Source: a bacterium (GTDB lineage Bacteria > Bacillota > Clostridia > Oscillospirales > Ruminococcaceae). From it: a stretch of DNA of 64,000 nucleotides. This document shows positions 57,998 through 64,000 of the stretch, piece after piece (the stretch's first letter is position 1; every line of letters starts with the position of its first letter). A model generated the notes under the pieces. The model did no database searches and was not told the origin of the DNA. It saw only the letters and a list, made by a program, of their open reading frames with translations. Both the position numbers and the translations under genes were made by a program. The stretch is taken from assembly GCA_004561545.1 (NCBI GenBank), contig SFVK01000004.1:105093-169092 (forward strand), given 5' to 3'.

Positions 57998-59695
57998 ATG
58001 ACCAGCGCCCAACGCGACGGGCTGAAGGATGCCGCCCTCGCCCTGACCGAGCCTATGATCGACGACCTGGTCAAAGACATCAGCCGCCGTATCAAAGGCG
58101 CCGGCGCCATCACCGACACCGCTGAATACCAGATCTACCGCGCCCAGGCACTGGGCGCCAGCAAAAAAGAGGTCGAGCGGCAGGTCGCGGAGCAGCTGAA
58201 GCTGCAGGAGGAAGTTATCAGCAGCCTGTTTGAGTATGTCCTGGACAAAAGCCTGGCGTATGAGGATAACGGCAGCCTGCAGCAGATGGCCGACGCCTAT
58301 GCCGAGATGACCAAAAGCAAAACAGCCGAGATGCTGCAGACCCTGTGGGGAACGGCACCGGACGGCCAGGTGCTTCCGCTGCAGGATGCATACGCCAGGG
58401 CGCTGGATTTTGCCTTCCGGGAGACGGCAACCGGCGGGCTGGACATGGAAACGGCAATCCGCCGCGCCGTCACGCCGCTTGCCAAGCGCGGCCTTCGCAC
58501 CATAGAGCAGAAATCCGGCCGGAGCATCGGCATTGAGTACGCCTGCCGGCGGTACATCATGGACCAGCTTGGCGCGCTGGACGATGAAGTCCAGAAAGCC
58601 AACCATGACAGGATGGGGTGTGACGGCTGGGAAATCAGCGCCCATGCTGCCTGTGCGCCGGACCATGAGCCGATCCAGGGCCGCCAGTACAGCGATGCGG
58701 AGTATGAGCAGCTGAACAACAGCCTGCAGCGGCGCATCGGCCACCTGAACTGCGGCCATACGGCCAGCCCGATTATTCTGGGCGTGAACGCGCCGCAGTA
58801 CACCGAGGCTGAGCTGAAGCAGTTTGCCAAGGACAACGAGAAAGGCATCACCTACAACGGCAAGCATTACACGCTGTACCAGGCCGGGCAGGAGCAGGCC
58901 ACCATGGAAAACGCCATCCGCAACCTGCGCCGGCAGATTCTGGCCGATGAAGAGACCAAAAGTCCGGACCTGCAAAAGCACCAGATCCGGCTGCGGGTGC
59001 TGCAGAGCGAGTACACCAAATTCTGCAAGGCGGCGAATCTGCCGACCCGAAACGAGCGGCTGCAGGTGGCCGGTTTCGGCCGCAGTCAGGCCAGCAAGGC
59101 TGTGTGGACGTACCGGCGCAGCAAGGTGTCAGACGTACAGATCCAGGGGCATACGCTGTACAGCGTCACGGAGGAGCGGATCAGCGCGATCCCCGCCCCG
59201 TCTTTCCGTGGACTGACCAATAAGGCCAACGGAAAGGCCCAGGGATATGCGCGTGAACTGCTGCGTAAAGTCCAGAATAAGGCTCTGGGTACGGAGGCCA
59301 TTGTGGACTTTACGGCAGACGGTTATGTGCGGTACAGCGTTGGGGCAAGCGGGAAAATGCAGGTGGCATCCCCGGAGCTTTCGGTGCCCTACTACTCTTT
59401 ACATAACCACGCCAGCAATGATATACTGAGTCCAGAGGATGTCCAGCGGCTTATCAAGTACCCGAACATGAAAGGCGTTGGGGCCGTGGGACACGCCGGT
59501 GCCTTGTATACCTGTGAGAAGGTGTACGGGTATAACTTGGAACGGGCACGCAATTGGTTCAAATCACTTAAGCAAAAATACCCGCTGTACAAGGGAAACA
59601 CTGATGATTTGGAAGAGGCTTTGGCCCAGCGTGTTGCGTTTGCCGAGGAACTGCGAAGGGACGGTGTGAAGTATGGGCTCATATTTTCAGGATAA
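57998..59695 (+). CDS. minor capsid protein (MuF/Phage_min_cap2-like) with JAB-like C-terminal extension
   Basis: EISAH..CAPDH..IQG, NCGH, E.AIR core; extra ~190 aa containing E...HNH.{6}S..D. Confidence 0.82.
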   Translation: MTSAQRDGLKDAALALTEPMIDDLVKDISRRIKGAGAITDTAEYQIYRAQALGASKKEVERQVAEQLKLQEEVISSLFEYVLDKSLAYEDNGSLQQMADAYAEMTKSKTAEMLQTLWGTAPDGQVLPLQDAYARALDFAFRETATGGLDMETAIRRAVTPLAKRGLRTIEQKSGRSIGIEYACRRYIMDQLGALDDEVQKANHDRMGCDGWEISAHAACAPDHEPIQGRQYSDAEYEQLNNSLQRRIGHLNCGHTASPIILGVNAPQYTEAELKQFAKDNEKGITYNGKHYTLYQAGQEQATMENAIRNLRRQILADEETKSPDLQKHQIRLRVLQSEYTKFCKAANLPTRNERLQVAGFGRSQASKAVWTYRRSKVSDVQIQGHTLYSVTEERISAIPAPSFRGLTNKANGKAQGYARELLRKVQNKALGTEAIVDFTADGYVRYSVGASGKMQVASPELSVPYYSLHNHASNDILSPEDVQRLIKYPNMKGVGAVGHAGALYTCEKVYGYNLERARNWFKSLKQKYPLYKGNTDDLEEALAQRVAFAEELRRDGVKYGLIFSG

Positions 59696-59981
59696 TCCGC
59701 CAACGGCGGAAGAACTTGCCGAGTGGCGGAAAGACCTTGCCGCTGCGTGGCCTTATACAGAGGACGACCCGGAACCGTTGTATTTTGACTGGATTCCCGA
59801 TCCCGCCCGCAGTGATGCGACCGATGCCATGTATTTGCTGAAAGCATCTGGCAACTGGACCGAGGCGGACGAGCAGATCGCTTTTGATCCCAGCAAACCG
59901 CCGCCCAGGCCGCTGGAGGAGCTGGAGGCGGAACACGATGCCCGTATCAAACGCTGGCTGGAAGGCGCAAAGCCTTTGTAA
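59673..59981 (+). CDS. small acidic protein, candidate immunity/partner
   Basis: 102 aa, overlaps the stop of the extended minor capsid gene. Confidence 0.6.
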   Translation: MGSYFQDNPPTAEELAEWRKDLAAAWPYTEDDPEPLYFDWIPDPARSDATDAMYLLKASGNWTEADEQIAFDPSKPPPRPLEELEAEHDARIKRWLEGAKPL

Positions 59982-60052
59982 AGCGTTTTCAAGACAGTAA
60001 ATTACCAGTCGTGAGATGCTGAACTTTATGATTTTATAGAGGGGCTGTTCAA

Positions 60053-60256
60053 ATGACAAAAGAAGAAGCTATGCAGACAACAGATGACAAAATGTTGTTT
60101 GAAGCAATGAAAGCCGACCCTGCACTTCTTCAGGATAGCGAAGTGCGCAGCCATTTTAATAAAATCACTTATGAAAATTTCGTGGCATCCATCGAGAAAT
60201 CCGGCCAAAAGTATGACCCCGATATCCACTACGACTTCCGAAAAAAGGACCCGTAA
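60053..60256 (+). CDS. hypothetical protein
   Basis: GAGGGG RBS, 67 aa, AT-rich. Confidence 0.55.
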   Translation: MTKEEAMQTTDDKMLFEAMKADPALLQDSEVRSHFNKITYENFVASIEKSGQKYDPDIHYDFRKKDP

Positions 60257-60276
60257 ACACGTTTCAAACACCGTTT

Positions 60277-60302
60277 GCACCGCATTTAAGCGGTGCTTTT
60301 TT
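60277..60302 (+). terminator. intrinsic terminator inside the head module
   Basis: GCACCGC/GCGGTGC stem followed by TTTTTT. Confidence 0.7.
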
Positions 60303-60483
60303 GATGCCTAGATTTCCCCTCAGGAGGCCATGACCATGATATTTCGCCCGCATCCGCCGCCCCGGCCGGTAAAGCGACGCCGGCACCGGCCCCGCGACAA
60401 ACTGAATCACCGGAACCCCCGCCCCTCTTATGAAGGGGCGTTTGTTGTATCCGAAACCAACACACAACCACAAGGAGGAGCTT

Positions 60484-61053
60484 ATGCTCGAATGGCTGAA
60501 AGACATCCTCGGCGACGGTTACACCGAGGAGATCGACAAACAGGTCAGCGATGAAATCGGCAAGGCATATGCGCCGCGTGCGGATCTCGACAGTGCGAAC
60601 GAGGCCAAGGCGGCCGCCGAAGCGCAGCTGGCCGACGCAAACAAGACCATTGCCGGCTACAAGGATATGGACATCGACGCGATCCGCCAGTCCGCCGCCG
60701 ACTGGCAGGCCAAGGCGGAGCAGGCGCAGAAGGATGCCGATGCCCGCGTGGCCGCCGTGCAGTTTGACGCGCGGCTGGACGGCGCCATCGGCAAGCGGCG
60801 CGGCCGCAGCCCCAAGGCCATCAAGGCGCTGCTGGATATGGACGCCCTGCGCGGCAGCAAGAACCAGGACCAGGACATCGACGCCGCCCTGGATGCGCTG
60901 CAGAAGGACAGCGGGTATCTGTTTGAGCCGGTGGAGACCCCGCCGCCCTATGCGGCCGGGACAGGCACCGCTGCTGTCCGCCAGACCACCAACCGCGATG
61001 TGGCCATGCGCCGTGCGATGGGCCTGCCTGACAAGGCGGCCGACCAGAAATAA
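60484..61053 (+). CDS. capsid scaffolding protein (GP20-like)
   Basis: Coiled coil, KAIKALLD...YLF; precedes the capsid gene. Confidence 0.85.
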   Translation: MLEWLKDILGDGYTEEIDKQVSDEIGKAYAPRADLDSANEAKAAAEAQLADANKTIAGYKDMDIDAIRQSAADWQAKAEQAQKDADARVAAVQFDARLDGAIGKRRGRSPKAIKALLDMDALRGSKNQDQDIDAALDALQKDSGYLFEPVETPPPYAAGTGTAAVRQTTNRDVAMRRAMGLPDKAADQK

Positions 61054-61067
61054 GGAGGAAAAAACCT

Positions 61068-61949
61068 ATGGCAAATGCAATCGAACTGGCAAAGAGCTAT
61101 GTGCCGCTGCTGGATGAGGTCTATGCCCGCGAGGTGCTGACTAGCGACCTGGACGGTGCGCCGGAGCTGGTGCAGCAGGGCGCCAACGCCAACGAGCTGA
61201 TCATCCCCATGATGGACATGCAGGGCCTGGCCGACTACAGCCGTAACAGCGGCTATGTGCAGGGCGATGTGACCCTGAAAAATGAGACGGTCAAGTGCAA
61301 CTTTGACCGCGGCCGCATGTTCTGGGTCGATTCCATGGACGATCTGGAGACTGCGGGCATCGCCTTCGGCCGCCTGGCGGCGGAGTTCATCCGCACGAAA
61401 GTCGGCCCGGAGATCGACGCCTTCCGGTTTGCGACCTACTGCTCCAAGACCGGCATCGGCAAGAAGGAGGAGACCCTGGCCGACGGCGCAGCTGTCGTTG
61501 CCGCGCTGCGCGCCGCCTCCACCGCCATGGATGAGGATGAGGTCTCGGAAGGCGACCGGTACCTGTACATCACGCCTACGCTGTACGGCATGATCTCGGA
61601 CCTGGACACCACCAAGAGCCGCGAGATCCTGACCAGCTTCGCAAAAATCGTCCGGGTGCCGCAGCGGCGGTTCTATACGGCTATTGACCAGCTGAGCGGT
61701 GGAACCAGCGAGGAAGCCGGCGGTTACAAGAAGGCGGACGGCGCATCCGACCTGAACTTCGTCATCGTGCACAAACCCGCCGTCATCCAGTACCACAAGC
61801 ACGCCGCGCCCAAGATCGTAACCCCGGACGCCAACCAGGACGGCGATGCCTACAAGTACGGCTATCGCCTGGTCAGCATTGCGGATGTGTACGCCAACAA
61901 GCTGGCTGGCGTGTATGCCAGCTATAAGCCTGTGGGAGGTGGCTCCTGA
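61068..61949 (+). CDS. major capsid protein
   Basis: GLADYSR..GY, FDRGR.F.VD.MD, EFIRTKV.PEIDAFRF. Confidence 0.85.
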   Translation: MANAIELAKSYVPLLDEVYAREVLTSDLDGAPELVQQGANANELIIPMMDMQGLADYSRNSGYVQGDVTLKNETVKCNFDRGRMFWVDSMDDLETAGIAFGRLAAEFIRTKVGPEIDAFRFATYCSKTGIGKKEETLADGAAVVAALRAASTAMDEDEVSEGDRYLYITPTLYGMISDLDTTKSREILTSFAKIVRVPQRRFYTAIDQLSGGTSEEAGGYKKADGASDLNFVIVHKPAVIQYHKHAAPKIVTPDANQDGDAYKYGYRLVSIADVYANKLAGVYASYKPVGGGS

Positions 61950-62119
61950 TGAGACGTGTGGGATTTCTCCCTGACTCGCCTGTTTCTGACCCGATAGACG
62001 GCACCGGACAGGATATACAAGCGCAGGCTGACGCCACGGATCGGGATGTTGAATCTGATGCGGAACCCGACAGGAAGCCGACCGGCCGGAAGTCCCGCCG
62101 CAAGGCAGATGAGGAATGA
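61949..62119 (+). CDS. small disordered phage protein
   Basis: 56 aa MRRVGFLPD..., translationally coupled to the capsid stop. Confidence 0.5.
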   Translation: MRRVGFLPDSPVSDPIDGTGQDIQAQADATDRDVESDAEPDRKPTGRKSRRKADEE

Positions 62120-62122
62120 TGT

Positions 62123-62476
62123 ATGACTGACTACATCTTCTATCTCGGCGAGTATGCGGGTGGCTCTATCCCGCAGGATGTCTGGCCGGACGTGCAGCGG
62201 GATGCCAGCGCCAAAGTCGCACGGTATGAGCGGATCTACACGGTGACCTGGCTTGAACCGAACGGACGTGATATGGCGGTATGCGCGATCGCTGACGCCA
62301 TGTACGCTTTCGACCGGCTGCAGGCCGAGGGCGGTGCGATCCAGAGCGCCGGTGTGGGCAGTGTGAACGAGAGCCGGGCCACAGTGAACGCCCCGGATAC
62401 ATCGCCTGCAGCGCAGGAACAGGAGTTTTACCGCTGCCTGCGCCTGTATGCCGATGTGTACAGGGGGTGCGGTTGA
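62123..62476 (+). CDS. head-tail adaptor
   Basis: DY.FY...Y, AVCA.AD, S..VGSV, LY..VYRG; position after capsid. Confidence 0.75.
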   Translation: MTDYIFYLGEYAGGSIPQDVWPDVQRDASAKVARYERIYTVTWLEPNGRDMAVCAIADAMYAFDRLQAEGGAIQSAGVGSVNESRATVNAPDTSPAAQEQEFYRCLRLYADVYRGCG

Positions 62477-62896
62477 ATGCTGAGATACCATGCAACGGGG
62501 ACGCCCCTGGTGTACCCTCACTGCGATATGACCGTAACGGTATACCATACGGTGCTCAACCCGTTTTCCTGCCGGCGAACTGTGCTGCAGGGCGTGTACT
62601 ATGAAACACGCCGCAGTAAGACCGTGAATGAGGACGGCGCCAGGCGGAGCAGTGAGTATCTGCTGATCATCCCGCAGAAGACGGCGGCGCGGGTCATGCC
62701 CGGCGAAGCCGACGACGTGGCTGGCACTTATGTGCTGATGGCAGGCGACCGCGTGGTCGCCGGCGTCGGGCCGGAAATCGCCACGCGGGAGGAATGGAGC
62801 AAGCTCCTTCCGAACGCCTATGACGTTGTCACTGTCAACTGGGTGGAACAGAAGTTCTGGCACGGGGAACCGTGCCACGTGGAGGCGGGGGCCTGA
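62477..62896 (+). CDS. head-closure/neck protein
   Basis: TVTVY, GDRVV.G, HVE; position. Confidence 0.65.
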   Translation: MLRYHATGTPLVYPHCDMTVTVYHTVLNPFSCRRTVLQGVYYETRRSKTVNEDGARRSSEYLLIIPQKTAARVMPGEADDVAGTYVLMAGDRVVAGVGPEIATREEWSKLLPNAYDVVTVNWVEQKFWHGEPCHVEAGA

Positions 62897-62897
62897 A

Positions 62898-63275
62898 ATG
62901 GACGTTGATGTGAAAATCAAGCTGCCCACAGGAAAGCAGATCATCGACCAGCTGGGACTGGGTGAAAAAGGTGAAGCGCAGATGTTCCATACGGCCAACG
63001 TGCTGCGCCGTATCCAGCGGTATATGCCGTTTCGGACCGGCGCCACCATTAAGCTGACCATTGCGCAGACCGACATCCGTGTCCCGGAGATTGTGACGCA
63101 GGCCCCGCATGCGGTTTATATCTACAAAGGATTGTCCCGCAGCGGGAACCCGTTGAACTACACCCGCACCAAGAACCCCATGGCGGGGCCGTACTGGGAT
63201 GAGACGGTCGTTGCTTTCGAAGGGGAGGCCATGACCGCCGACCTGCAGCGATATTTGGACAGGAGGGCAAAATAA
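62898..63275 (+). CDS. minor capsid/neck protein
   Basis: YMPFRTG, P.A.Y.Y.G, AGPYW. Confidence 0.7.
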   Translation: MDVDVKIKLPTGKQIIDQLGLGEKGEAQMFHTANVLRRIQRYMPFRTGATIKLTIAQTDIRVPEIVTQAPHAVYIYKGLSRSGNPLNYTRTKNPMAGPYWDETVVAFEGEAMTADLQRYLDRRAK

Positions 63276-63742
63276 TGCCGGATACCGAAACCAGAACGGA
63301 CCTTCAGCGCCTGATCGACTGGCTGAAGACCTACACGGGGTATGACATCCTGGGCAATTTCCGGGTGGACTACACCGACCAGATCCCCTCCAATGGCGCG
63401 GTGTTCCCGCAGGGGCTGCAGGAGGTAGAGCGAACTGAGACCATCCTGGGTGATGTCACGCTGACCAACCAGTACAATTTTGGCCTGTACTTCACCTTCG
63501 AAAAATCTGCGGAGGATGATGTGGCGGCCAAAATCAACGCTGACTGGCTGATGGGCTTTCAGCGTTGGGTGCAGGAGCAGAATGCCCGCAGGCTCGTACC
63601 GAATTTCGGCAACACCCAGACGCCGGCGCGGGCCAGTGCCCAGAACGGGCAGTTGTTCAGCGTTGATGGCTGCGGCACGGCGATCTACATGGTAACGCTC
63701 TCGGTCACGTTTGAGCAGTTTTATCCCGATGAATTCAAGTGA
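63275..63742 (+). CDS. tail terminator-like protein
   Basis: Size and position before the tail tube; ILG....QYNF. Confidence 0.6.
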   Translation: MPDTETRTDLQRLIDWLKTYTGYDILGNFRVDYTDQIPSNGAVFPQGLQEVERTETILGDVTLTNQYNFGLYFTFEKSAEDDVAAKINADWLMGFQRWVQEQNARRLVPNFGNTQTPARASAQNGQLFSVDGCGTAIYMVTLSVTFEQFYPDEFK

Positions 63743-63761
63743 AGAAATGAGGTGAAAGCCA

Positions 63762-64000
63762 ATGGCAAAGATCGAACGCAAATACATGGCGCATTTTCTG
63801 AACGCGAGTTTCGGCCAGGCGGCTGGAACGGCTTCGTATGAGCGTCTCGGCCAGGACCTGGAAGAGTACAGCGCCGAGATGAACGCCCAGGTCGATACCA
63901 CCAACAACATCCTCGGCCAGAAGAGCATCAAGATCTCCAGCTACGACAAGTCCGGCTCGGTGGAGCCGTACTACGCCGACAAGGACAGCCCGCTGTTTGA
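63762..64000 (+). CDS. major tail tube protein (partial)
   Basis: MAKIERKYMAHFLNA...RLGQDLEEY..EMN...NILG; no sheath gene in front of it. Confidence 0.7.
   Translation, partial: MAKIERKYMAHFLNASFGQAAGTASYERLGQDLEEYSAEMNAQVDTTNNILGQKSIKISSYDKSGSVEPYYADKDSPLF

Larger units (their letters stand above)
43101..64000 (+). mobile_element. transposable (Mu-type) prophage, left part; right end outside the window
   Basis: Repressor/Cro, DDE transposase, AAA ATPase, Gam, GemA, Mor, DUF3486, terminase, portal, capsid and tail in order; left end inferred at TGTGAG where composition turns AT-rich. Confidence 0.92.

Noticed and set aside
57877..58125. 82-aa ORF between portal and minor capsid
   Set aside because: About half overlaps the minor capsid gene out of frame; uncertain.
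1..64000. tRNA, rRNA, reverse transcriptase/DGR, integrase or lysis genes
   Set aside because: None recognised in this window; lysis genes and the right phage end presumably lie beyond it.

Overview
High-GC Firmicutes chromosome segment; gene content suggests a gut Clostridia (Oscillospiraceae-like) host, which is an inference. Bases 1 to ~43,100 are core genome: a his operon with fused hisZ-hisG and no hisB, a DEAD-box helicase, a SleC-like spore cortex hydrolase pair, cls, metY/Rrf2/cysK/mnmA, dapL/dapF, acpP/proS, a two-component system, ychF, mtnN, trkA, argF, a GH2 glycosidase and an XRE/ImmA-like pair. From ~43,101 to the right edge lies a transposable (Mu-type) prophage: repressor/Cro switch, MuA, MuB, Gam, GemA, Mor, DUF3486 and a NusG paralogue. 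This module is joined to a non-Mu head module (PBSX terminase, SPP1/A118-type portal) whose minor capsid protein carries a JAB-like C-terminal extension. The main observation is that the phage early operon is punctuated by four predicted self-cleaving ribozymes of two classes: three pseudoknotted type II hammerheads (44914, 45648, 46644) and one twister-P1 (50066). They would cut the early transcript into defined units and bracket the MuA-MuB mRNA. All calls come from reading the sequence by eye; no searches were run.
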